Shown: in pieces, positions 29,943 to 39,788 of the stretch | Numbering within the stretch: position 1 is the first letter of the stretch | Layout: every line of letters begins with the position of its first letter | DNA from: Planctomycetota bacterium | GTDB taxonomy: Bacteria; Planctomycetota; UBA8108; SXIK01 | Direction of reading: 5' to 3' | Length of the DNA: 64,000 bases | NCBI GenBank assembly: GCA_965223845.1 | Contig: CBDCXR010000004.1 | Location: forward strand, 832,001 to 896,000 | The notes under the pieces: generated by a model | Database searches by the model: none | Seen by the model: only the letters and a program-made list of their open reading frames with translations | Told to the model about the DNA's origin: nothing | Made by a program: the position numbers and the translations under genes

Positions 29943-31265
29943 TCATCGGAGTGGGAAATCGAACTTCACGCGTTTCGCGTCACGGACGACGACGACCTGG
30001 AGCCGATCTCCGCGTTTCCGAGTCTGCATCGCGTGGGCGAAGATTGCCGACTCCGTGACGAGATCGGAGCGTCCGTCGACTTCGACGAGAATGTCGCCCT
30101 TGCGGAGCCCGGCGTCCTTTGCGGTGCGGTGCTCGCCGTATTGTCCGACGTGCTCGACGCGGAGCGCGAGCTGCGACGGCTCGACCTTGGCCCGCGCGCG
30201 CTCTTCGCTCGACGCCGGCTTGAGAAGCATGCCGCCGAGGGCCATCCGCCTCAGATCCCAGCTCGTCGTTCGCCACGAGAGATCCCCCGAACGGCGCCAG
30301 CCGGGCGGAAGGTCGAGAGAGAGCTCGACGGCCCGCTCACCTCGGGTCACGACAGCGTCCAGACTAGCCGGCGACCCTGCGCAGTGGAGAACCCACTGGA
30401 CATCCGCTATCGAGATCAACGGCTGGCCGTCGAGGCGGCGGAGACGATCGCCGGGGCGAAAGCCCGCTCTCGCCGCCGGCGAGTCGGCGGTGACCGCGCT
30501 CACGCGCGCTTTCTCCTTGGGATCGAACGCGAGACCGACCACGTTCGGATGCGGCCACGGGAAGAGGATCTCATCCGGAATCTCCTGGGCGGATTCGCGG
30601 CGAAGTCGTCGCTCGGCGTTTCCGATCATGTGGCAGTGGATGCACTGGCGCGCGACGCCCTTCCCAAAGGTGAGCGTGGACGAGAACTTCTTGAGCGATG
30701 GATACGATTCCGGAGTGCGGTGGGGCGATGAGCGAGGGCGAGATTTCCCCGCGAGGTGCTCGCGATCGCGCGGGTAGCTCGCGTGGAGCTCGAGAGCTCC
30801 GGCGAGGGCCTGAGCGAAGCCGGCCAGCGAAATGTCCCGCGTCGCCTCTTTCTGACTCGAACGCGTTCCGTAACGACCGTAGATCGTACCGTCGGAGTTC
30901 AAGAAGAACGCGGCGAACGTGAGGTCGTAGTCGAACTCGAACCGCTCGAGATCGAGTCCGTTCCCCTGGATCACGCGGACGCGTACGAACTGGCGGAGCA
31001 ACTCGTCGATCGTCTTATCGTGACGAGCAACCTGCTCGTCGAAGCCTTGGCAGGCGTGTCACGGGATTCACCGAAAGACGAGGAGGAGCGGTTTTCCACT
31101 CGCCTTCGCTTCGCGAAAACCGGCGTCGACGTCGTTGTAGATCCAGCGACCGTCCGACTCGATTGCGGTCTTGTCGCGCTGGACGAGCGTGTCGCGATCT
31201 TGAGCGATCGCCGGCGCCGCGAACGCCGCGGCCGCCAAGACGATCCTCGTGAACTTCGATCTCAT
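29943..31265 (-). CDS. Secreted thioredoxin-fold (Trx7-like)/PDZ selenoprotein, 440 aa, two in-frame TGA (Sec66, Sec69)
   Basis: RBS AGAAGGAG + ATG 31265, signal peptide, WIYNDVDAGFREAKASGKPLLLVFR-TGA-IP-TGA-HACQGFDEQV, continuing in frame into ORF 29943..31001 (DYDLTF..YGRYG, CIHCH, two PDZ-like segments). TGAs at 31068-31070 and 31059-31061. Confidence 0.88.
31022..31040 (-). promoter_or_regulatory. Putative bacterial SECIS element
   Basis: GACGAGCA-GGT-TGCTCGTC: perfect 8-bp stem with a G-led loop, 26 nt after the second UGA and 35 nt after the first. The apex GCAGGUUGC resembles the E. coli fdhF SECIS apex GCAGGUCUGC. Confidence 0.72.
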
Positions 31266-31410
31266 GGGGAGTCTCCTTCTGGGATCAGGTTTCTCGGCCG
31301 ATACCCTTCCGTCGCATTCGGATTCGGGCATCGGGCGGGAATTCCCAGTGCCGATTGTCGCCGAAGCCCCGACGATCGCCAAGCGTCGACGAGACGCTGC
31401 ATGGGCCAGC

Positions 31411-32727
31411 TCACCTCGGGAAGGAGGCGAGCACGTCGCTGAACACTCCGCTCAGTTCGCGGGCATCGTCGAGCGAAAACACCATCGGTGGCTTGATCTT
31501 GATCACGTTGTGAAGTGGTCCGTCGACGCTGAGGAGGATGCCGCGCTCACGCATCGCCTCGACGATGGCGGCCGCCTCGCGATCGGCGGGTTCGAGAGTC
31601 GCACGATCGCGAACCAGCTCGATGCCGATGAAGAGTCCTCGTCCTCGGACGTCGCCGACGATCTCGTAGCGAGTGCCGAGCTCACGGAGGTCGTGGAGGA
31701 GAGCGGCGCCGACGCGATCCGCGTGCGCGCGCAGAGATTCTCCCTCGAGAACGTCGAGTACCGCGTTACCGGCCGCGCAGGATACGGGATTGCCACCGAA
31801 GGTGTTGAAGTACTCCATGCCGTTGTCGAACGCCGCGGAAATCTCCGAAGTCGTGACGACCGCCGCCAGCGGATGTCCGTTCCCGATCGGTTTCCCGAGG
31901 ACAACGAGATCAGGGACGACGCCCTGGAGCTCGAACGCCCACCAGTGCGCACCGCAGCGGCCGAATCCGACCTGGACCTCGTCCGCGATCGCGACTCCCC
32001 CGCGCGCGCGCACAGCTCTGTAGGCCGCGCGGAGATAGTCTTGGGGGAGCTCGATCTGTCCCGCGACGCCGAGCATCGATTCGCCGATGAACGCGGCGAG
32101 CGAACGACCGTTCAGCCGCGCCGCGTCATCGGCAAGGCCGACGTCGCGCGCGACGCCCTTCGCGTACTCGACGTCCGCTCGCTCGCCACGAAACTCGCCG
32201 CGGTAGCGGCACGGGAGTCGCGTGACGTGCGTGCTCGGCGGGGCTCCTCGTCCGCCAGGTCCGGCGAACTTGTAGTGGCTGACGTCGATCGCAGCCTGTG
32301 TGTTTCCGTGGTAAGCCGACTCGATGGCGACGACGTCGCTCCCGCCGGTGTACGTTCGAGCGATACGAAGTGCCAACTCCGTTGCTTCGCTCCCCGAGCA
32401 GGTCGGGTACACGACGCTCAATGGATCGGGCAGCAATTGCGCGAGCCGCTCGACGTAGGAAGAGAGCTGCGGATGGAGGTAGCGGGTGTTCGTGTTCAGA
32501 ACCGCCGCTTGTTCGCTGATCGCTCGAACGACGTGAGGGTGGCAGTGGCCGACGTGGCACACGTTGTTCACGCAGTCGAGGTAGCGCCGTCCCGTCTCGT
32601 CGAAGAGGTAGGCTCCTTCACCGCGGACGATCGTGAGCGGCGTGTCGTACGAGAGACTCAGTCCCCGGCCGAGGTGTTCGCGCCTCTGACGGAGGATCTG
32701 ACCGCTCTCACTCAGCTCTCGTGACAT
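31411..32727 (-). CDS. Class III PLP-dependent aminotransferase-fold enzyme (AGXT2L/phosphohydroxylysine phospho-lyase-like)
   Basis: [61 protein letters not shown] (PLP Lys), [15 protein letters not shown]. Start ATG 32727. Confidence 0.92.
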   Translation of the reverse strand: MSRELSESGQILRQRREHLGRGLSLSYDTPLTIVRGEGAYLFDETGRRYLDCVNNVCHVGHCHPHVVRAISEQAAVLNTNTRYLHPQLSSYVERLAQLLPDPLSVVYPTCSGSEATELALRIARTYTGGSDVVAIESAYHGNTQAAIDVSHYKFAGPGGRGAPPSTHVTRLPCRYRGEFRGERADVEYAKGVARDVGLADDAARLNGRSLAAFIGESMLGVAGQIELPQDYLRAAYRAVRARGGVAIADEVQVGFGRCGAHWWAFELQGVVPDLVVLGKPIGNGHPLAAVVTTSEISAAFDNGMEYFNTFGGNPVSCAAGNAVLDVLEGESLRAHADRVGAALLHDLRELGTRYEIVGDVRGRGLFIGIELVRDRATLEPADREAAAIVEAMRERGILLSVDGPLHNVIKIKPPMVFSLDDARELSGVFSDVLASFPR

Positions 32728-33742
32728 CGATTCGATTCCGAACGGTTTCCTCGACACGACGAAGATCTTCTTCCAGGAGCAACTCGAGGGCTCGGCTCGC
32801 CGGCCGCGCGCTGACCGACGCGTACGCATCGTGCGGGCGTCGGACGGCACGCCTCGCAGCGACGGTGAGGCTGATCGCAAGTCGGACCGCGGCGAGCCAA
32901 GGTACGAGTCCGGCCTCCTCCGCGGTCAACGGCCACGCGCGAGCGTAGCCCTCCGTCGCGAGTGCGATCGCCTCTCCCGGTCGCGGCGAGCCGAACGTGC
33001 CGTAGGCCGCGGCGACGCCCAGACCGCAGATCGTTTGCGTTCGAACTGCGTCGCCGAAGTCGATCAAGCCACGAATCTCCAGCTCCGGGCGATCCCCGCC
33101 GACGATCATATTGTGCTGGTTCCCGCCGTCGTTGTGGATGATGCTTCGCGGCAAACGCGCGAGACGAGGAACGATGTCCGTCTCGAAGTGTGCGAATACC
33201 GTCTCGACGGCGCGCCGAACGCTTTCGGAGTCGATGTCTCGGGTCCCTTGTCTCGCGGTGAGCGCCTGCGCGAGATCCCACTCGATCGCGCGGTCAGCCC
33301 GCTCGTCGCAGTAGTCGACGAGTGCGCGATCGACTTCGGCGACCGCGTGGCCGATGCTCCGAAGAAGATGCGGGCCGTAGCCGCCGCCGTCGCGATCGAC
33401 GGCATCGAGCAGCTCGCCTTCGACGAAGGAGAGCATCCACGCGATACGCTCGGCACCGGTCGCATCCTGAACGCAAAGGTAACGGTGCCCTCCCAGGGTG
33501 CGGATCGGTCGGGGGTGAGCGATGGCGATCCGCTTCGCCGCGAGGTGGTCGAGCATTCCGATTTGGAGTTCGACGAGCGCCCGAGTCGTGGCGGATGCGT
33601 CACGCATCACTTTGAGGACGTACCGCTCGCCGCGTGAGTCCGCGACGCGAAAGTTGAGGTCGTACTCGCCGTAGAGCGAAATCGCCTCGACGGGATCACC
33701 GAGCCAGTTTCGGCCGAGCTCGAGCGCCGCGTCATCCGTCAT
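32708..33742 (-). CDS. APH-family phosphotransferase (hydroxylysine kinase-like)
   Basis: GEYDLNF, YVLKV, WDL, IIHNDGGNQHN (Brenner-type HxD) and GLIDFGD; overlaps the downstream aminotransferase start. Confidence 0.88.
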   Translation of the reverse strand: MTDDAALELGRNWLGDPVEAISLYGEYDLNFRVADSRGERYVLKVMRDASATTRALVELQIGMLDHLAAKRIAIAHPRPIRTLGGHRYLCVQDATGAERIAWMLSFVEGELLDAVDRDGGGYGPHLLRSIGHAVAEVDRALVDYCDERADRAIEWDLAQALTARQGTRDIDSESVRRAVETVFAHFETDIVPRLARLPRSIIHNDGGNQHNMIVGGDRPELEIRGLIDFGDAVRTQTICGLGVAAAYGTFGSPRPGEAIALATEGYARAWPLTAEEAGLVPWLAAVRLAISLTVAARRAVRRPHDAYASVSARPASRALELLLEEDLRRVEETVRNRIDVTRAE

Positions 33743-33834
33743 GGGGCGACCGGAGGCACCGTTTGGGAGGGAAGCCCCTTGCTCGTTTCGCGGCGGCATC
33801 GGCGTGGGCCACCCGGTCGAGAACTCCGACGCGA

Positions 33835-34617
33835 TCAGGGGCGGACCGTCTCGAGCCACGTTTTCGCCATGAGCGCATGACCCGCCATCGAGGGATGAAC
33901 GCCGTCTCCGGCCCAATAGGCCGCCGGAGCATCGCGCGTTGCTTCATCGAACATCGTTTGGAACGGGACCCAAGTTGCACCGGCGGTTTCGGCGACCCGC
34001 TTGGCCGCTGCTCGCCGCTCATCGAATTCGGGAAACCACTTATCGGTCACCGCGCCACACCGAAGGACGAACGGCTCGCAGACGACGAGGCGAACGTTCG
34101 GGAGCGATTCTTTCGTCCGCCCGAGGAGAGCCGCGAAGCCGCTCTCGTAGTCGGCGACGGTGCCGGCGTACTTGCCGTTCAATTTGTGCCAGATGTCGTT
34201 CACGCCGATGAGGATGCTGAGGACATTCGGCTTCAAGTCGATCGTGTCTTTTAGCCAGCGCTTGTCGAGATCCGGAACGCGGTGGCCGGAGATCCCGCGA
34301 TTGTAGAGCTGGAGCCCGTCCTTCGGCCGGGTGGCGAGGAGCCATCCCGCGATGAACTGCGGGTAACCGCGGCCGAACGCACCGGCGTTGTTGGGACCCG
34401 CGTGACGCCGGTTGCGTCCCGCGTCGGTGATCGAGTCACCCTGAAAGAGGATGACGCTCTTCGCTTTGATCGAGCCGGCATCTTGGGCCGACACGGGAGT
34501 GGGAAACGCGCTCGATGCCGCCCAAAGCGAGCCGGCGGCGAGGGCAGAGGTCACGAGCTCGCGGCGGGAGATCGGTGCGGACGATTGGACGGGAAGGTCG
34601 TCGCTGGAGGTGGTCAT
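33835..34617 (-). CDS. Tat-exported SGNH/GDSL hydrolase
   Basis: SRRELV twin-arginine signal; FQGDSITD, NRGISG, IGVND, DGVHP. Confidence 0.93.
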   Translation of the reverse strand: MTTSSDDLPVQSSAPISRRELVTSALAAGSLWAASSAFPTPVSAQDAGSIKAKSVILFQGDSITDAGRNRRHAGPNNAGAFGRGYPQFIAGWLLATRPKDGLQLYNRGISGHRVPDLDKRWLKDTIDLKPNVLSILIGVNDIWHKLNGKYAGTVADYESGFAALLGRTKESLPNVRLVVCEPFVLRCGAVTDKWFPEFDERRAAAKRVAETAGATWVPFQTMFDEATRDAPAAYWAGDGVHPSMAGHALMAKTWLETVRP

Positions 34618-34728
34618 CTCGGCTGGCTCTCGGTTGGATCGCGGCGCGTGGTCGAGGCTCGCCCGCGCGAGTCGATCGCCGTGCCGCGGCGCCATCGTCG
34701 ACTCGAGTCGGGAGACGGGTCAAGGGAA

Positions 34729-35784
34729 TTAGAGAAGACCGCGGTCGCGGAGCGCCCGCTGGAGACGTGGCTCGACGAGAGCGCGGATCTCCGAGTTTGC
34801 GTATCCGACCCAGCTCACGGCCGAGACGAGATCGAGCGGGGCATCGAGCGTCTCGCCGTTCGGGTCGGCGACGATGACTCCGAGCTCCTCAGCGATGAGA
34901 TGCGTGCAGATGTCGTAGGGGTGGCAGGTGATTCCGAAGTCGAGTCCCTGCGCCCGGGCGAGCTCGCGGACGAGTGGACGAAGATCGGCGACGAACCGGT
35001 CCCGACCCGACATGAGCTCGAAGATCTGTCCGCCGGTCGAAAGGTACTGATCTTCGAAAGAAAAGCTCCGCCGCTCCGTTTCTCTTCCGCGCTGAGTGGC
35101 GTCGCCGCCGTCCGGGAGCGTGCCTCGACCGAGGACGGCTGCGGCGACGTCGTCATCGATCCCGGCGAGCTCGGCCCTCGCACCGGGAATGAACCGCGCG
35201 ATCGACGCGAAACCGTGATCGATTCCGCTCGCGCGCGAGGGCGCGAGCGTGAGCGGCGAACGAGCGCCGGTGAACCGATCCGTCCGTTCGGCCGTCGCAC
35301 CTCGTCCGCGGACGGCCCAGACCGAGTCGAAGAGGTGCTGCTTGACGAGCGGGATCTCCGTCTGGAGCGCGAACGCGAGATCGCGGAGAGAGGTCTCCGA
35401 GCCGCGATTCGGCGCGGCCGCGGTGAGCACCCACGCGCTCCGCTTTTGGTACATGAGACCGCGGGTGCCGTCGATCGGGTCGACGATGATCCGCCAGCGG
35501 GCTGCGCTCTCGTCAGATCCGCGCGGGAGCACGAGGCCACGCGGATCCAAGCCTTCAGCGACCAGCACCACGGGAATCGTGGGGGCGATCTCACGCTCGA
35601 CGTAGTCGACGAGCGCCGCCTCGCCGATCCGGTCGATGCGGTAGATCGTGTCGCCTTCGGTTTCCTCGGCGATCGCCGCGAGATCCTCGCTCGCCTGAGT
35701 CTCGCACGACTCGGTGATCCTCCGCGCGATCTCGAGCTGGAGCGAACGAAGCTTCGGGAGCAAGGTGTCGATGTCGCCTGCCAT
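34729..35784 (-). CDS. Inositol monophosphatase (FIG) family protein
   Basis: GDTIYRID, AEG, IIVDPIDGTRG, HPYDI. Start ATG 35784. Confidence 0.85.
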   Translation of the reverse strand: MAGDIDTLLPKLRSLQLEIARRITESCETQASEDLAAIAEETEGDTIYRIDRIGEAALVDYVEREIAPTIPVVLVAEGLDPRGLVLPRGSDESAARWRIIVDPIDGTRGLMYQKRSAWVLTAAAPNRGSETSLRDLAFALQTEIPLVKQHLFDSVWAVRGRGATAERTDRFTGARSPLTLAPSRASGIDHGFASIARFIPGARAELAGIDDDVAAAVLGRGTLPDGGDATQRGRETERRSFSFEDQYLSTGGQIFELMSGRDRFVADLRPLVRELARAQGLDFGITCHPYDICTHLIAEELGVIVADPNGETLDAPLDLVSAVSWVGYANSEIRALVEPRLQRALRDRGLL

Positions 35785-35950
35785 GCGCGACTCAGCTTGC
35801 CGAGCGCTCGACGGCACGTCAAGCGAAGGAGCCCGGACGGCTCGCGGCAGCGCGAGACATCCGGGCCGGGTCGCTTCGACGATGATTCGAACGGGGCCTG
35901 CCGGCGCGCGGTGACACGTTCTGGCGCTCCGGCAGGGCTCCGCGAGGACT

Positions 35951-36562
35951 TCAGAACCCCGTCGTTCCGCGAAAATCGAACAGGAAAGAAGTATTGAATC
36001 CTTCGGTCGCGTTGAGTCCGTCGCCGACGTAGATCTGCCGGTGCTGACCACTCGCGTTCGAGAGGATCCCCGTTCCGCCGGTGATCGTCCGCGAGAACCA
36101 GACATTGAAGTCCGCGAGTTCGATCCCTTCCGTCGTGATCGTGTTCTCGCCGGGTTGGTCGGGGTCGAACTCGAAGATCTGCGTCGTCGCGACCACCGCC
36201 CCGGTTGGTGCGTCGCCATCGAGGAGGTGCCAACCGCGGCAGATCCACTTTCCGATGACGCGATCGGGAAACTCCGGGCTGCCGTCGGGAAGAACGCCGC
36301 TCAGCTCGCCGTGCTCGGCGAACGTCCCCCCTGGGTAGAGGTATCCTTCGACGACGAACGGAGTGCCTTTGGCCGGGGCACCGTTGGCGTTCGTCGCACC
36401 TTCGAACGAGAAGCTCGTGCCGTCCATGGCACAGTCGAACTCGAGAACGTGAGGGCCGTTCGGGAGCGCGGCCGAGCTCGTCCGAGCGAACGAGAGGAGG
36501 GCGGCGACGGATAGCGCGAGAGTGGCGGCCACGAGCGTGGACTTGCGTCGAGCGAGGAACAT
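35951..36562 (-). CDS. Secreted protein with a dirigent/allene-oxide-cyclase-like beta-barrel
   Basis: RBS AAGGAG, signal peptide, beta-rich body with IGKWIC and RTITGGTG..SNASG (AITGGTG-like motif). Confidence 0.6.
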   Translation of the reverse strand: MFLARRKSTLVAATLALSVAALLSFARTSSAALPNGPHVLEFDCAMDGTSFSFEGATNANGAPAKGTPFVVEGYLYPGGTFAEHGELSGVLPDGSPEFPDRVIGKWICRGWHLLDGDAPTGAVVATTQIFEFDPDQPGENTITTEGIELADFNVWFSRTITGGTGILSNASGQHRQIYVGDGLNATEGFNTSFLFDFRGTTGF

Positions 36563-36764
36563 GGCAAAGTCTCCTTGTCGATAGGCGTCATAGATGGACT
36601 ACGGCAGCGTTGATCGCGGTTCCCCGACGGGCGCCGCACCGGGGGAGTGCGGAAGCTCGTTCGAACGAGCCCCGCACTTAGCGTCGCAACTGCTCTACGA
36701 CGGGTACTGCGGTCGCGGCGTCGTCGAGACAGAGAAAACCGCGATTGGAGAAAGAGGATTAGCG

Positions 36765-38342
36765 ATGCACGAGAACGGTCGAGCGGCCCGGTCGCTCAGT
36801 TGGGGCGTATTCTTCCTTCTCGTGGGATCCGTCGGCTGCTCGCAGCTCACCGGTGCGCGCCGACCGGACGGATCACCGAATCTCGTCCTCATCCTCTGCG
36901 ACGACCACCGCGCCGATGCGATGGGATTCGTCGGCCATCCATTTCTCGAAACGCCCCACATGGATCGGATGGCGCGGGATGGCGTTTACTTCAAAAACGC
37001 CTTTGTTACGACCTCGCTCTGCTCGCCGAGCCGAGCTTCGATTCTCACCGGGCTCTACGCGCACAATCACGGCGTCATCGACAACTATCATCCGGTGCGC
37101 GAGGATCTCGTTTTCTTTCCCGAGCTTCTTCAGTCTGCCGGTTACGAGACCGCCTTCATCGGAAAGTGGCACATGGGCGGCGATCACGATGACCCGCAGC
37201 GCGGATTCGATCACTGGCTCGCGTTCAAAGGACAGGGGACGTACTGGCCGGACGGGCGCGGAACGACGCGCGTCGTTCCTCAAACGCGGTACGACGGCTT
37301 CAATTTGAACGGTGAACGCGTCCCGCAGCGCGGATACATCACCGACGAGCTGACCGACTACGCACTCGAATGGCTCGACGGCCGATCGACCGAGAAACCG
37401 TTCTTTCTGTACGTATCCCACAAGGCTGTTCACTCGGACTTCGTCGCCGCGGATCGCCATCGCGGTCGTTACGCGAGCGAATCACTCGTGCTTCCGGATG
37501 AGTACCGAGCGGAGCCTCCACCGGAGGCGAATCGTCCGGCGTGGCTGCGCAACCAGAGGAACAGCCGCCACGGCGTCGACTTCGGCTACAACCTCGACGG
37601 ATTCGATGTCGAGGCCTACTACCGTCGCTACTGCGAATCCCTGCTCGCGGTCGACGACGGGCTCGGGCGTATCATCGATCGTCTCGCGGAGCGCGGCATG
37701 CTCGAGAACACGATCGTCGTCTACATGGGCGACAACGGGTTTCAATTCGGCGAGCACGGACTCATCGACAAGCGCGTCGCGTACGAGACTTCGATCCGCG
37801 TACCCCTCATCATGCTCGCTCCCGATCGTCTGAAGGCGGGCACGGTCGTCGACGAGGTTGTCGCCAACATCGACGTCGCGCCGACGCTGCTCGCGGCGGC
37901 GGGAATCCGGCCCGACGTGTCGATGGACGGGAGGAGCTTCTGGCCGATCGCCGCCACAGGTGCCCCGGAAGAGCCGTGGCGCGATGTCCTCCTCTACGAG
38001 TACTACTGGGAATGGAACTACCCGCAGACGCCGACGATCCACGCGGTGCGCGGCGAGCGATACAAATTCATTCGGTACCACGGAGTTTGGGATACCGACG
38101 AGTTGTACGACCTCGAGGAGGACCCTCTCGAGATACGAAATCTCATCCGGAGTCCCGAGCACGCGGCGATCGCCCGCCGAATGAAGACCCGCCTCTTCGA
38201 GGTCCTCGAGGAGTCGGGTGGACGCAGCATCCCACTCCTCCCAGATCGCGGGCGGCAGTTCTACTATCGCCATCCGGAGCGGACGCCTCAGGCGCAGTTC
38301 CCGCCGTTTTTCTACGATCGGCCGGCGCCGGTCACTCGTTGA
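36765..38342 (+). CDS. Sulfatase (N-acetylglucosamine-6-sulfatase-like), lipoprotein
   Basis: Lipobox SVGC; PNLVLILCDDHR, CSPSRASILTG, GKWHMG, HKAVH, GDNGF..GEHGLIDKR. Confidence 0.95.
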   Translation: MHENGRAARSLSWGVFFLLVGSVGCSQLTGARRPDGSPNLVLILCDDHRADAMGFVGHPFLETPHMDRMARDGVYFKNAFVTTSLCSPSRASILTGLYAHNHGVIDNYHPVREDLVFFPELLQSAGYETAFIGKWHMGGDHDDPQRGFDHWLAFKGQGTYWPDGRGTTRVVPQTRYDGFNLNGERVPQRGYITDELTDYALEWLDGRSTEKPFFLYVSHKAVHSDFVAADRHRGRYASESLVLPDEYRAEPPPEANRPAWLRNQRNSRHGVDFGYNLDGFDVEAYYRRYCESLLAVDDGLGRIIDRLAERGMLENTIVVYMGDNGFQFGEHGLIDKRVAYETSIRVPLIMLAPDRLKAGTVVDEVVANIDVAPTLLAAAGIRPDVSMDGRSFWPIAATGAPEEPWRDVLLYEYYWEWNYPQTPTIHAVRGERYKFIRYHGVWDTDELYDLEEDPLEIRNLIRSPEHAAIARRMKTRLFEVLEESGGRSIPLLPDRGRQFYYRHPERTPQAQFPPFFYDRPAPVTR

Positions 38343-39648
38343 CGGGCGCCGATTCGGCCTTTTTCGCCGTGGGGGGAGTCTGCCTTCGCTTCGGCTGCGC
38401 ACGCTCCCACTCCGCGCGGGAGACCGGCCGCGTGCGCTGGCGGAAGAGCCAGGTCCCTTTCTTATTTGCGGCGATGATGTCGGTGTGGCCGTCGCCATCG
38501 ACATCCCGCGCGACGACTTGGCGTCCGACGCCGGAATCGTCGTCGACGAGATGCGGCACGAACTCGAGGCCGTCGGGATTCCTCACGAGGCGGAAGTAGT
38601 AGACGACCGCCGGATCGCGCGCGCCGGGATCGGAGCCGTTGTGGGCCCAGTAGCACTTTCCCGTGACGATATCGCGAAGTCCGTCGCCGTCGACGTCCGC
38701 GAGGTCGACCGCGTGGAGCTGCGAGAACGCTAGGCCGTACGGATTCTCCTCGGGCCGCTCACCCATGATCCGGTGTTCGGTGAACACGATCTCGCCGTCC
38801 GCACCGCGCTTCTGCTCGTACCAGCTCAGGCCCCACGCGTGCGCGTGGACACTTGTGATCACATCCGCGTCTCCGTCGCCGTCGACGTCCTCGGTGTAGA
38901 TCTCAGCGCCGGCAGCACCGAACCGAGCGGGATGGTGTGTCCACTCGCGATCCGCTGCGCCCGCTTCGGGCTGCTCCCACCATCCCGTCGGCATCAAGAA
39001 GTCCTTGCGCCCGTCGCCGTTCACATCGCCGATGCCGAGCCCGTGGCTGAACCGATGCCAACGGCCCTTCGCGGACACCGCGGTCCACGTCCACTCCTTC
39101 TCCGGATTCTTCGGATCGGAGCTCGCGTAGCCGAGCCGACCTTCGAACGTGCAGATGAGCTCGGGGCGCCCGTCGCCGGTGAGATCCGCGAAGACCGGAG
39201 CTTCGTTGTCCACTTGGCGAAAGGCGAGCCGCTTCGGCCAGATCTTCCCTTCGGACGAATCGGAGGCACGAGGGTTTTCGTACCAGTGGGCCGGCGTACC
39301 GGGGAGTCCGACGACGAGAACGTCATCCCAACCGTCGCCGTTCACGTCGGCGACGAACGAGAAGAAATTGTTCGAGTAGCCGCGGTCGTTCGGGAACGAG
39401 CGGCCCTCGTAGATCGGGTAGCGCGCGGTGAACTGCGGGCCGGCGAACCAGTGAGGGCCGCAGACGATGTCGAGGCGGCCGTCGCGGTTGAAGTCGCCGA
39501 CGTTCGCACCCTCCGCGTAGTACTCCTCGGTGATTCGGACGCGCTCGAACTCGCGGACGGCGTAAGTCTCGTCCTCAGAGCGAGCGGGGCCCGAGAAGAG
39601 CGAAACAAGAAGCGTGAACGGGATGAAGAGTGTCGGTTTCTGATTCAT
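38332..39648 (-). CDS. Secreted FG-GAP/VCBS repeat beta-propeller protein
   Basis: Signal peptide; seven DxxGDG..D repeats (DFNRDGRLD, DVNGDGWDD, DLTGDGRPE, DVNGDGRKD, DVDGDGDAD, DVDGDGLRD, DVDGDGHTD). Confidence 0.9.
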   Translation of the reverse strand: MNQKPTLFIPFTLLVSLFSGPARSEDETYAVREFERVRITEEYYAEGANVGDFNRDGRLDIVCGPHWFAGPQFTARYPIYEGRSFPNDRGYSNNFFSFVADVNGDGWDDVLVVGLPGTPAHWYENPRASDSSEGKIWPKRLAFRQVDNEAPVFADLTGDGRPELICTFEGRLGYASSDPKNPEKEWTWTAVSAKGRWHRFSHGLGIGDVNGDGRKDFLMPTGWWEQPEAGAADREWTHHPARFGAAGAEIYTEDVDGDGDADVITSVHAHAWGLSWYEQKRGADGEIVFTEHRIMGERPEENPYGLAFSQLHAVDLADVDGDGLRDIVTGKCYWAHNGSDPGARDPAVVYYFRLVRNPDGLEFVPHLVDDDSGVGRQVVARDVDGDGHTDIIAANKKGTWLFRQRTRPVSRAEWERAQPKRRQTPPTAKKAESAPVNE

Positions 39649-39788
39649 GAAGCTTGGACTCTCGATGGGGGGAAGACTTCGTGAATCGAGACCCGCGGCT
39701 GCGCACGCGAGTTTCGGTGCGGAGAAAACCTGCGATCGAGGAGGACATCACGTCAGCCGAGAGAGCGTCCCGACCGATGGTTCGTGTC

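Noticed and set aside
31059-31070. Pseudogene or genome-wide UGA reassignment as the explanation for the two TGAs
   Set aside because: TGA is a normal stop for many genes here (e.g. 156, 7639, 13408, 21619). Both TGAs fall on redox-motif positions with a SECIS-like hairpin, and the rest of the gene is intact.
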